Assembly (NCBI RefSeq): GCF_036588685.1
Contig: NC_086376.1
Coordinates: 9,920,001 to 9,984,000, forward strand
Reading direction: 5' to 3'
Length of the DNA: 64,000 nucleotides
Source of the DNA: Mytilus trossulus
Taxonomy: Eukaryota
Each line of letters starts with the position of its first letter. The stretch's first letter is position 1. This document shows, piece after piece, positions 51,244-64,000 of the stretch. The position numbers and the translations under genes were made by a program. The notes beneath the pieces are model-generated. The model saw only the letters and a list, made by a program, of their open reading frames with translations, was not told where the DNA came from and searched no databases.

Positions 51244-54200
51244 CACGGCCGACACTCGGCTAACCGAGAGATATGTCGGTTAATCTATATTGAGTATGCG
51301 GCTATATCGGCGGTGGGTCTGTTAATCGGGTTGGCTAAAGTCTGTTAATCAGGTGTTATCGTGAAATTCAGTACAAGGTCAGCATGTTTCATTGTATAAC
51401 TTTTTAATTATATTTATATCATAAAAACTATTCATGTCTGACAAGATGATTTGGAGTACTGAATCCAGTGGTGTAATTATTTTTTTTCTAGCTTCAATAA
51501 ACGATCTATAAAATGAAAAGGCGAGTTACTCATCAGTAAATTTATACACATTTTACACACACAAAATGTACACAATAATGACAAGTTGGTTGAGTTTACT
51601 TGCATGCAATCTTTTAAACATCGAAAAAAGACTGGCATTATGTTTGTTTACCATATTAACATCAATATGTGAAAAATCTACACGAAAAACTGTATTTTGG
51701 TGACATAAATCAATTTTTAATAAAAATATGGTCTGTTAATGGGTCGGATGTATAAAACTCGGTCTGTTAATTGGTCTGTTAAGAGTTCTGAATGACATTA
51801 CAAGTATAATTTAATTGTTATATGGGGTGTTATCTGAATAAAGAGATGGGCCCAATATTAGTGGCTAGAAAAAATGGAAACAACACATGAACAATGAAAC
51901 ATAAGTTTAGACAATGGAATCTGAAAATTGATAAAAATGATTTTAAAAAGTGTAAGATCAGAGTAATATTAATTTCATCAAAGAATGGTCGCATATATCA
52001 TGTGGATTCTGTTTTATTGATATGAATGGCACCAATTTGTCATTTACATAGTTAACAAGTACATAAATCAGAGATAAACTTCGTAATGTTTTGATTTTTT
52101 TTATCAAATGAACTTAAATATGTTTATAATGCAAACAAATATAGACAAACCTTTCAACATCAACCTTTCTCTACACCACCTTGAAGGTCACTCGATAGAA
52201 AAACAAGCACGTTTGCGGAAGTCCTGTGAGTCGGCTAAATGACTTACGATATCATTGGAATACATCATTACTCGAAAAATTAAATTAATATTATGCATTT
52301 ATTGTGATTTACAGGAATATAAAATTGTCTTGTTGTTACACATTAAATCAGCACCCAACACTAATATAAAAAAAAACTTACTAATGTCTATTTCTTGTTT
52401 AGAACCACGGTTTAGAACTTGGTTCAGACATTTCTTTAGGCGGCAGAAAATGAGAATGATGACTCGGTACAAAGGAAAATACATACTGGAAATAAACTCC
52501 ACATAGATAACAGGATTGAAATTTGATATTTGCGCCTAATATTTACGCCAGACACGCGTTTCGGCTACGAAAAACTCATCAGTGACGCTAAAAAAGTGTT
52601 TAAAAGGCCAAAAACATGTTGAAAAGCATCGAGGAAATACAACTAATACCGGCGTCTCACATCAGCGTATAGCTCCGGCGTGTTAAAATTCATTTACGCT
52701 GCCAATATGCTTTAAGCGTGAATTGGGCGTACTAGATGCGTACCTAAGTCTAAACGTTTATCCGGCGTTCAAGAAACGTATGTTGGCGTATGTTGTGTGT
52801 GTTTTAAGCTGCATAAAAATTTCCTCGGGTTGTAGCATTCATCAAGCGTATTTACTTTCCTTCAGTGGCTAGAGGTATCGGGGGAGGGTTGATATCTCAT
52901 AAACATGTTCATCCCCTCCGCAATTTTGCGCCTGTCCCAAGTCAGGAGCCTCTGGCCTTTGTTAGTCTTATATGATTTTTAATTTTAGTTTCTTGTGTAT
53001 AATTCGGAGTTTATTATGACGTCCATTATCACTGTACTAGTATGCCTACGGGTGCGGGAGTTTCTCTCTACATTGAAGACCCATTGGTGGCCTTTGTCTG
53101 TTGCCTGTTCTTTGGTCGGGTTGTAGTCGCTTTGACACATTCCCCATTTCCTTTCTCAAATTTTACCTTTGTATTTCGACGTACTTCAAACTTATGCAAC
53201 GCGCTTTGGACGATTGCTCAGCGTTCCTATGGCATGCAACTATCATAACAGGAAAAAGATTGATATTTGTGTACTCCATATATTATAACAAATGTATTTG
53301 ACTCATTACAACGATGTAAATGGTATATGGATTGTGTGTATATTGTGAAATTAGCCGTTGTGTATGTTCCCGACGGACTCTCAACAGACGAACTACATCT
53401 GTGAGAGCTGGTTCTGGGTTTTTAAATGATGTGGGGAAAACTAGCTGTGACAATGCCAAGGATGGTACATGGCATTGCTGCCGATATAGAGACAGGCCGG
53501 GATCGACTGACACCTAGAATATCAAGAAACTCGCTATTTATTCAATAAACATAACATCAAAGAAATTACAATATAATTTCAAAGTACACATTTTGAAGTC
53601 AAAATAAGTTGAAAACAATAATAAAATACTACAAACAATTTCAATTCAATACCAAATAATAACAAAAATACTTACTGTTAAAATAAACATCTGAATTAAA
53701 ATATTAGTTACTTGTAAGCTTTATTTATTTGTTCAAAATAAGATTAAAAGAAAAATAGTTTTAAACCTTTTAATGAATTGCAGAGACATTTTTTTAAAAA
53801 TAAAAGTGCTCTTTCTATAAGGATACTGTTGCACCGTATTGTAATTTTTTCGTCATAAGTACATCTCATTGTTTTCAATGTGAAAATATAAATTCTAGGT
53901 AGTAAGACTATTGTCGTGGCTAAATAACTCTTTAACTGACATGATTTAAATTGTCCAACCCATTAACAGACTGTACTCCCCTAATATTCATTAAAATGTG
54001 GTATAACTCAACTTATTTAACAATTATGAAATATTTATCAATGACAATTGATCTTTTAGAACCAAAGTACTACTTTGTGTCCTTTAAATCATATCTTAAA
54101 ATGGTTTTTGGCCTTTTATCTAAAATATTGCTATGCGTACAAGCATAAAAACCACATACTTGCACGACGCCTTTTCGTTTTACTTAAAATTGCGTAGGCT

Positions 54201-54447
54201 ATGCATTTTTTTTAATGGTGGAAAATGTTCTATGATAAATATCATTTTGTCAGACACTTTTCTTTTTTTGATGTGATTCTCATAATGTGCCAAAAAATCT
54301 GTATATTTAACAGAGTTTAACATTAAATTGTGAGTTTTACTCTGAACAGACTTTAGCCAACCCGATTAACAGACCCACTGCCGATATAGCCGCATACTCA
54401 ATATAGATTAACCGACCTATCTCTCGGTTAGCCGAGTGTCGGCCGTG
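51244..54447. mobile_element. Non-autonomous Transib/RAG-superfamily-like transposon, copy 2 (3204 bp)
   Basis: Same TIRs as copy 1. Different 5-bp TSD GGTAT (51239-51243 / 54448-54452). Colinear with copy 1 except 53242-53765. Confidence 0.85.
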
Positions 54448-56732
54448 GGTATGTCATACCCCCTTTCCACATCCAGGTGAATGCAGAAGTTGTCTCCAGC
54501 CCTTAAAGTAAGAGGCGGGATAAGCAAAACTTCTGAACGTGAAAGGAACTGTTTCTAAAAGTTTAGTTGTTTTTTCTCCACCGCTGCTCTCATGGATGCC
54601 ATCAGGAACGTGTATATATTGACTGACAGGTTTACTGTTTCCAGACACAATATAATTATGATTATGGTTTTGTTTTTTATTGACTTTGTGATCTATTTCA
54701 CGGTAGTTGAAACTGATTTTCATGTACAGATTTTTATTGCATATTCTTTTGATGCATCAAACACATAGTAATACACCAAATGTATTTAAAAGAGTTCTAA
54801 TGGCAAATCTTTGATAGTGCCTTTTTATTAAATTGGGTTACTGTCTCATTGATGTATACCCTACACATCTGTATATCCATATCATGGTCAGATGACGTTT
54901 GTCAATACAAAAACTCTTAAATCCATGTGCATTGTAGTTTGTCCATCTGTTCTTCCTTTGGAAAATTTAGACATGTTGGCAAATATGACTGTAGGTGGAT
55001 TTGACATCTTTTCAGCCATAAAGTTCTTCGTCTGTTTTTGGGTTCTTATAAATCTTTGGCTTTTAAATAATCTGGTTTAAGTGTTCAGGATGAAGATAAA
55101 TCCATTGTTTTCAATAAGTGAACACATTTGCTTCAATTGTCAGATAAGTATACATTTGTTTTGCATTCTGTTACCTGAATGTGACGAAAAGGTCAATAAG
55201 AAATACAAATTTCTTCTCATTTGGTTGATTAGTTTTATCAATTGTTACAATATTTTGTAAAATTGAAGGCAATGTCTCTGGAAAAGTAAGGGAATGAAAC
55301 TTCAATTCAAAATAACATTTCATTCATTTATTAATTAAAATCTATTTGGTCCAGTGGTTTTCTATCTTTCTGTTGACATGTGCATCACTATATGCTCTTG
55401 ACCCTTTCAGACAGAAAGTATGTGGGCAGTGTATGAACATGACTATTTAAGGAAATCTCTTCTTTAAAGTAGTGTCAATGTGTGTCAGTGAAATCACTTA
55501 TCTAACTATCTGTGATTTCCCTTTACTAATTTTAAAAGAAAGTTTCACTGAAAGAATGGGAGTCATGAATTTTGAAAGATTTGGGCTTATATATAGTTAT
55601 ATAGAAAGTATTTTAAAAGTATTTTGGCATAACTTACAAGTACTGCATGGGGTATCAACTAAGCATTGAACACTATGGAGAAACAGATTAATGATGATCT
55701 CTTTTTTCAAGACAACTTGAACTCATATAATTCTGAATGGAATCAATTTAAGACAGTTTCAAACTTGCCAAAGCCATTGCTCAAAGCAACCTTTGATCAA
55801 AGACTCACAAAAACCATAGAATAAATCAAGATTGACAGCATTAACAATGGAATTTACAATGACTTATATTTCCGAGGGGAATAATCCCTGTGATAATAGT
55901 TGATTTGAAGAATTGAGAGAGCTTCCAATCATAGAGAGATAGCTTATATAAAAAATAACAACTATACAAAATTCAAAATTGAAATATGCTTAGCATACTT
56001 TAAGATTTGAAATCAAAAAGATATGGACACTTAGTGAGAATGACATGGAAATCAAATCATAAATTTACATTTTCTAACTTAAACATGATCATTGGGTACA
56101 CCAAAATGGGTAATTTGTTGATATCAGTGACTACGTAAAGCTAAGCTTTTAATTATAGGGGAACAAGAAAATAGCTTTAACTTCAGAAAATACATCTCCG
56201 TACAAATAATGATATCAAAATTAAAATTTGAGTTTTTATTTTTGTGAAACTCATCATGGTGCAATAATAAAAACATTTTAATTTTATAAATAAAATGAAA
56301 GATAATATGCATATGTTACATCAACGTATATACACAGTTCAATTTGACATTGAATACAATTTGGTAATGAGATAAAATGTTATAGTATGACAAAATGCAC
56401 ATTTCTGAAATTTTCTTAGATTACCAAGTCAGTCTTCATTTAGAGACACATTATATGTACTCATAAAAAGACTATGTACTGTGGATTCATCATTATTCAT
56501 AGGATACCATTTTTCCTGGATTTTGTGGGTACAGGCCGTCTATAGCTAGGTGAACCATGATTTCAAATGTTCAATAAATAACAAACTTCCCAAAGGCTTT
56601 TTATGCAGTGATTGACAAAACCACAAAAATTAAATATCCACAAGAAAAAATTAATACCAAATTAAATAAATGAATCCAGAGTACTGTAATGTGGCTTGAA
56701 TCTGATAAAAAAAAAACATTAATTGATGGTGT

Positions 56733-59700
56733 TCAAGCTTTTGGTTTGGTTTCCTGATCACTGACATTCCTGATATATATAGAGTCCTGAGGAATATCCA
56801 CAGCATCATCTGTTTCATGCATGTACGAAGAGGCAATCGCAAGAACTGATCCGTCATGGCTGAACATAAGGGAAGCAATACTGGTAGGATATCTGTAAAA
56901 CATAAACATAATCAGGCTGAACATAAGGGAGGTAATACTGGTAGGATATCTGTAAAAATAAACATAAACAGGCTGAACATAAGGGAGGTAATACTGGTAG
57001 GATATCTGTAAAACAAAACATAAACAGGCTGAACATAAGGGAGGTAATACTGGTAGGATATCTGTAAAACAAAACATATACAGGCTGAACATAAGGGAGG
57101 TAATACTGGTAGGATATCTGTAAAACAAAACATAAACAGGCTGAACATAAGGGAGGTAATACTGGAAGGATATCTGTAAAACAAAACATAAACAGGCTGA
57201 ATATAAGGGAGGTAATACTGGTAGGATATCTGTAAAAATAAACATAAACAGGCTGAATATAAGGGAGGTAATACTGGTAGGATATCTGTAAAACAAAACA
57301 TAAACAGGCTGAACATAAGGGAGGTAATACTGGTATGATATCTGTAAAACAAAACATAAACAGGCTCAACATAAGGGAGGTTATACTGGTAGGATATCTG
57401 TAAAAATAAACATAAACAGGCTCAACATAAGGGAGGTAATACTGGTAGGATATCTGTAAAAATAAACATAAACAGGCTGAACATAAGGAAGGTAATACTG
57501 GTAGGATATCTGTAAAACAAAACATAAACAGGCTGAACATAAGGGAGGTAATACTGGTAGGATATCTGTAAAAATAAACATAAACAAGCTCAACATAAGG
57601 GAGGTTATACTGGTAGGATATCTGTAAAACAAAGTGTAAACAGTTGACAATGACTTGTAATTTGAATTAAAAAAACAATTAGAATATAAAGTATTTACAA
57701 GATGCTCAATAATGGCTTTTCAATGTTGCAGTTTCTCCTATAAGGTCGCTGTGCAATTACTTCAATAAACATATAAAATAAATAAAATCATAAATTTTTT
57801 TTATTTAAAAAATTGATAATCTTTAAGTGGATGATTGATTGTTTACTTTTTGTCTGTCAGTACTTATTCCAAGTATTCTGTATATTCATTGGCTAACATG
57901 TTTCTTAGATACAGATCATGTCTTTTTCCATGTTTCGAATTTGGAAACACATTTGAATTTCTTTTTGAAGAGATTATTTCAGCACCCACCTTACAACTGT
58001 AAGTTTTTATTTATTTAGAATATTTACTTAAGGAGGCTCGCGGGTATAAGATTTTCAGAAAAAATTAAACATTTATTTTTTTATTACAAATTTTATTAAT
58101 TACCTTTAGTAGTTGGTACTTTATCATATGGAACAGAAATCAATTCATGTTGGCCCCAGGTGACTTTTAAAATGTAGATATCATTGAAAAAGCTACAAAT
58201 TATCTCCCTTTGGTGCAAAAATGACATTTTTGGCATTAAAATTGAAATATTTGTTTTAACTCATCGGTGACCTATATTTTTTTATTGTTGTTTTCAATTA
58301 AGCTGTAAATAAACTAAAGAATTGTAAAATTTAAGCGATTACTGTAATTTAGTTCTTTTTTAATTTCGATATCCCCACTTTTCTCCTATCAGTTCAACAG
58401 AAAAAAAGGACATTAACAAAAATGTATGCTTGTTTCAAAGGCAGATTTTGAGCGTAAATGAACCGTGACCCCATTTTTTTATTTCATTTTTCTACTAAGT
58501 ATAAGATAAAGTTCATTTATAGAAAAATATAGCAAAATCCTATATTAAATAAAAAAAATGATTTGACCTGTGAGCCCCATTAAAGAGTAAAAGTATTAAT
58601 TTTATGTGGTTATCTCAAATGGATAATTTGATCTGTTTGGTTTATGTCATATACTATTTCTGATGTTATGTCACTTATCTTGCTTACATACATATGGCAT
58701 GACTGCTTGTTAGATTATTTTAAATCCTATTCTGTGATATGTATTCCCTTAAATTTCTTGTTTAGATTCTTAATGTGACTGTTGTAATAAAATGTAATAA
58801 CTTCTGCTTTCATTTATGAAGTGTCAGAATTGAGAAAATTGAAATGAGATAATTGAATACCACAAAAAAATAATTTCTCTACAGTCAATTACCTGTGAAA
58901 CTGACAAAGTCGTTTTTTATTAAATCCGTCCCATATATTGACATAACCATCAGATCCTCCTGAAGCAAAAGTATTGTGTTGTGCGTGGAAAGCTATAGCA
59001 TTTACAGGATAAATCATTTCTACTCCATTCTCTTTGATTCTGTGACATTTAAATGCATATTTCTTCTTCTGAACTTCAGGACTTGGGTCTAGGTATTCTA
59101 CAGCTACTCTACCTATAAATACATAAATAGAAATATGACAAGCCAGGACTAGTTTTTTCTTTTCCATAGAAAAGATAAACTGAGGACTTTCTTTATGAGA
59201 ACTGCAATGTTCTCATTTAGTATCATGTTAATGTGATACTGCATTGCTGTAATGTGATATCATCTGCTGATTATTATCTGGTATTACAATTTCTACCCAT
59301 CTATATAGGGTCAAGTGGGCTAATATGAAAGGATGGGAATATTGCCATAATGTCCTCTGGTATAACAAATGTCAATCAGTGGATCAAATGCAGATTAAAC
59401 TTAAATTTGACAACGATAAAAAGCTGAACAGCTTTACAACCACTATACACTAGAAGGAGGTATAAAATGTTCTTTCTGTAAAACTGCACACAATAAGGGA
59501 AAATATTTGTAAGAGTGGCATCTCAGAAACAGTAAAAAAAACCCACCTATAGCTACCATTTAATACTTTTAATTTAAAAACAACCTAAATTAACAACATA
59601 ATTTACCTTCAATAGAACTTAAAACATAGCCGTTTTTATTTGGAAAACATCTGATACATCTTGTTTGATATTTGAGACTTGATTCTCTTCTCTGTTGTAC

Positions 59701-62087
59701 ATATCCCATGTTTCTTAGGTCCCAGACCAGAATCCTCCTTCCTGCTGTTCCTACGACCAATCTGTCACCACACACCGATAATGTGTACACCTAAATAAAA
59801 TAAAAAACCAAATATGTTTATGTTGGCAACCACTTCAAAGAAAATCAGACATGCCATTGCCAGCCCTAGAATGGCTTCCCAGCTGTTTATGTTAACTTGG
59901 GCATGATTGTCCAATTGAAGTTGTAATGATTATAATTGAAGTCATTTGCTATTCAAGAAATACAAAAATTGTCGGAAGACCTAACCAGTTTTATATTCTA
60001 TATCACAAGCCAATCTTATCTAAGGAAAATAACTCTACTTTATAAAGATCACTTTAACAATGACATTGATTACTTTTCGAACAGACATAAGATTCCTGCA
60101 CCTTGCAAAAGTAAAGAAATTTTCTTGACAAGTTTAACACTTTCCTCCATGAATTTTTTTTTTACATAGATATAGGAAGATGTGGTGTGAGTGCCAATAC
60201 ATACTTGATTCACATAGGTTTTTTTTCAATAAAAAGTTTAAAGTTGTCATGCATTGCAAAAACAAATATCTCATCAATAAAATTCCAAAATATACATACG
60301 TTTTAACTGAGGGACTACACAGGCGTTATTATTGAGTAAAGGGGGTGGCGTCAAAATGCGTCATTATAGAGGAAAGGGGTCAACATCATTTTGTGACACT
60401 TGAGTATCTGAGCATATATTTCTTTGATGGAAATATTCCTGATTAGGATGTATAGAGTGCACTATATTTTTAGTATATCAATGGTAATGATAAACCTTGG
60501 AGATTTAGATATAAAGTCATCAGTACCATAGGTTTTCGATTGCATATTAATCCTTATGCTTATTAACGCTACTTCTAACCTTGTCTGGTTGACTAAATGA
60601 TCCAGCAGCACATGGAGTACGTGGATCCCATAATTTGACCGTTGAATCCCAACTACCTGTTATTACAACATTGACCTCAGGACAATACTCTACACATTTT
60701 ATAGGTGCTTCATGAGTACCCACGGTAGTACCTGAAATTATAATCCATTTTTTCGTAACAGATAAATTTTCCATTTTAGGTATTGTTAGATATAAAAATA
60801 AATTATTGCTCCAATAACAATGCTGTTTTATTAATTATTATTATTTCAAATTGGTATGTACAGAATCCTTATTGTATCTTTTCTTGAACAGATATTTACA
60901 TCTTTAACAATTGAAGAAACAGGCCCTAGGTTTGATGAACACAATAGCATTTTTTCCCTATGTTTTTTGTTTAATCTGAAAGAAAATAAATACTAAACGT
61001 CTTCGATATATTTAGTCTTAACTCTATTTTCTGTAGGTGGAAAAGATCAAAAGAATAGATGGTCAGTAAAGAACAATATCAAATATCATAGAAGTGTCAA
61101 TGGTTAATGCCCAAACATATGGGAAATTGCAGGTAAATTTTCTAGTTGATATAATATAAATAATAATTTTTATAAACATTATCTGATGGTCTTGATACAA
61201 AAATCAATGTACCTGAATTTGTATTAAAATCAAACATTTTCAGTGTGTTGTCAAGTCCTCCACTGTATGAGTGAACTGCATCCTGGAAAAACAAAACATT
61301 TAATAAGTTAGAATACACATACTGTCATTAATTATAAGGGTTAAAAATCATCATTAACTTACAATATGTACTTGCATTCTCATAAAGTAAATTCATCTGG
61401 ACTGTAAAAAAAACTATGTAGTCCGAACCAAGATTATGTGTCCATATATAAATGTAGGAGTCTCTCTATCCTGTTTCCGTTCTCAGTGACTGTGAATTTT
61501 GGGATGAACCCTTCACTTAGCTTTAATTCTCAAAAGTCACATAAATATTAAGTTTTAAGATGATGAAAACATATTTCTGGTAACCTTAAACATGTTAAAT
61601 AATTAAAGCATTGTCAGTGCTGTGATCAAGCAATTTTTTAGGTACAGGTAAATTTTGGTGTCTATACATTTTTTTAATCTTAATGATTTAATACTTAGAA
61701 GAAATAAGAAAATGTGGTACATGTACAGTATGAGCATGATGAGTAGACCAGTATTCAGAAGTGGAAAAACAAAATAATAGAGAATGTATCATACAATTCC
61801 AATATTTTCATCACTGCATTACATGTAGTTACACAATGTGACTTTTCCTTTCAAATTATCATACTTACATGGAAACAACAATCTAAAACTGGTGCAGAAT
61901 GAAAATATTCCATTCTCTTGTTGTTGGCAACAATATCGTACAATCTGACTGTAGAGTCCCATGATGAAACAAGAAGAAACTGGCTAGAGTTAGGACCAAA
62001 TTTTACACTTGATATGCCATCATTTGGTGGGTTTTTCAACTGAAATTCATTTGGTGTTTCTCCCATCTCTATAGCTATCTCTGGCAT
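56733..62087 (-). CDS. BUB3: Mitotic checkpoint protein BUB3 (WD40), ~334 aa. Exons 62087-61869, 61282-61213, 60731-60580, 59790-59607, 59112-58893, 56892-56733
   Basis: Hallmark peptides [112 protein letters not shown]. Phases are consistent and total 1005 nt. Confidence 0.96.
56858..57632 (-). repeat. Tandem array of 14 x 56-bp units made of the BUB3 last-intron acceptor + start of last exon
   Basis: Minus-strand unit tttatgttttgttttacag|atatcctaccagtattacctcccttatgttcagcctg. Acceptors run from 57621 to 56892 (12 x 56 + 57 = 729 nt). Confidence 0.95.
58032..58579. mobile_element. TTAA-flanked non-autonomous DNA transposon (Kolobok/piggyBac-type)
   Basis: ttaa|ggaggctcgcgggt ... acctgtgagcccca|ttaa. 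Confidence 0.65.
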
Positions 62088-63762
62088 CTATAAATAGAAC
62101 TGAACACAATCATTTCAATTAGAGTTCATTTGAGACATTTCTCCTGCACAGCATCAATATAATGTAACACATCATATAATCACCATTTAATTCTCTAATA
62201 TGAATATAGATACTCAGATATTCTGTATTACATTGTTCACAGGCGCACTTGTATATGGTTTATGAATATGCCCTCCTTGAGCACTAATTGTATGAATAAA
62301 AATATTCTTTTCTTGATAAAGCATTCTTAGCCATGTTAGCTAATCTGTATAATTTTCACTGACACATATGCTTTACTTATCTTAGAGACTTAGAAATGTT
62401 AAATCATGATTTTTAGTATAACATGTACTTTTACTTGTTAGTGGCTTAGAACGAGCAGTAAGGTTGGTGCTGTTATACATGTAGGTACATTGTAAAGAAC
62501 CACTTATTCAGGCCCAGTCCAGATGCCGAAGAACATAAAAAAAGTAGTATATTTCCAACAAAATAGTTTCTATACATAGCTGTATTTTTGTCAATAGCGG
62601 GATATTTGGGTAGTTTTGGTATCAAATGAAAGTGTGGGAACTTGGAATCACTGTAGAACCCTTGTTGAAAGATCTATTTTTGTACTATAAAACATCCCGG
62701 AACCAGAACTCTCTAATATTATGCAATTTAAGTTATGCTGATTTTTTTTAGCACAAGTCAGATTAAGGCGCTGTTTTGACATGAAATAACTGCCACTTTA
62801 TTTGAACTTAAGATTAAGTAACCATTAGTGCTTGAAATTGCAGAATTTAATATAGAAAGCAATGAGGCTATGAATTAGCGCAAAATGGAAAGGGATTAAT
62901 ATAAGTTGCAAAACTTGTTTCCCAATCCACTATAAACAAATATGTTTAAAATTAACTATGAATTAGTGGTTTAATACCGTTAGGGGGATGGTTGGGATCC
63001 CCCTTACATGTTTAACCCCTTTACATATATATACAGATTCATGGAACTACAATCTGTCAATACCTATATCTTGGCATTGCACAAGGTCATGTTTTTCTCT
63101 GATTTTTTATGACTTCTTTACACTAAATCCATTGGATGTTGGATGTGTACTGATTGATAATCTAGTCTTAGATGCACGATTTCTTTATTAGTCGTAAGTG
63201 GCTTTGAACTAGCTGTCAGTTAACTGTGAGTACTCTCAGATCTGTTCCTAGTGTCTTTTTGTTGTTGGGATGTACAATAATGCGGTATGGGCATTGCTCA
63301 TTGTTGAATGCAGTATAGCGACCTACATGTATAGTTGTTAATTTTTGTGTCATTGTGGTCTCTCATGGAGAGTTGTCTTATCGGCAATCATACCACACCT
63401 TTTTTTATATTAAAATTTAAATGAAATCGACTCAAATATGATATTTATGGCTTGTTTTTTCTCCAAGGCAATAGAATACCTATATAAGTATATTATAGTT
63501 GTCTTGGACATTTCTAAAAAAAATAGAATTTGATAAACTAAACAATAACAAATTTGTGATTATAAAGAAACATTTTTACATAGTGGTAGTGCATATTTTT
63601 ACTACTACAATGCACTAACAGGGTTCTCGCTAAGGCGAGTCCATGAGTCCTGGGTCCTGGACTCATCAAAATCTGTCTGGACTCACCATTTTTAAAACTG
63701 GTGAGTCCACAGATACATGTACATCAATATTGAAATATTTTGTATAAACTGAACACAGTTAA

Positions 63763-64000
63763 GGGGGCTCCTGGGTATAAATGATTTTTTTTTTCTAATA
63801 TAGGATTTCGCTATATTTTTTCATAAATGAACTTTATCATATACTTAAAAGAAAAATGAAATAAAAAAATGGGATCACCGTTCATTTAGGCTAAAATCTG
63901 CCTCTGGAAGATGCATACATTTTTGTTAATGTCCTTTTTTTCTGTTGAACTAATATAGGAGAAAAAGAGGAAATATCGAAATAAAAAAATAACCTAATAT
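63763..64000. mobile_element. Second, inverted copy of the TTAA-flanked element (cut by the window end)
   Basis: ttaa|gggggctcctgggtataaatgatttttt..taggatttcgctatatttttt..aatgaactttatc is the reverse complement of 58350-58579. Confidence 0.65.

Noticed and set aside
22991-54447. Intact RAG1/RAG2 or Transib transposase gene, or 12/23 RSS pair, in the TIR elements
   Set aside because: No long ORF or recognisable catalytic motifs, TIRs are symmetric and no nonamer was seen. Only the terminal CAC and 5-bp TSD support the superfamily call.
56854-57650. Hydrophobic 89-228 aa ORFs overlapping the BUB3 3' end
   Set aside because: Translations of the 56-bp acceptor array, not independent membrane-protein genes.

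Overview
AT-rich eukaryotic (animal) genomic DNA with spliceosomal introns. The repeat families and gene content point to a bivalve mollusc, probably a Mytilus-type mussel (inference). From left to right: (1) an ~11 kb array of a 35-bp satellite, which generates all the long spurious minus-strand ORFs; (2) a small two-exon minus-strand gene (~119 aa) that the ORF track does not assemble, whose intron holds a 26-bp minisatellite and two Helentron-associated (HINE/DINE-like) elements; (3) two tandem Ariadne-like RBR E3 ligase paralogs whose catalytic RING2 regions have diverged; (4) an 8-exon SoxH/Sox30-like HMG gene; (5) a compact Cdc25 phosphatase gene converging on it; (6) BUB3. Mobile DNA includes two copies of a ~3 kb non-autonomous transposon with CAC...GTG ends, ~105-bp TIRs and 5-bp TSDs (Transib/RAG-superfamily signature) carrying nested cargo, a decayed MULE with a PHD remnant, Penelope and L1/Tx1 fragments and several MITEs. 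The most striking feature is that two unrelated genes carry tandem arrays built from their own splice junctions. SoxH has ~30 copies of a 93-bp exon-end + donor unit, many of which form frame-preserving 48-nt pseudo-exons. BUB3 has 14 tandem copies of its last-exon acceptor. All exon coordinates were read by eye and phase-checked, and none has transcript support.
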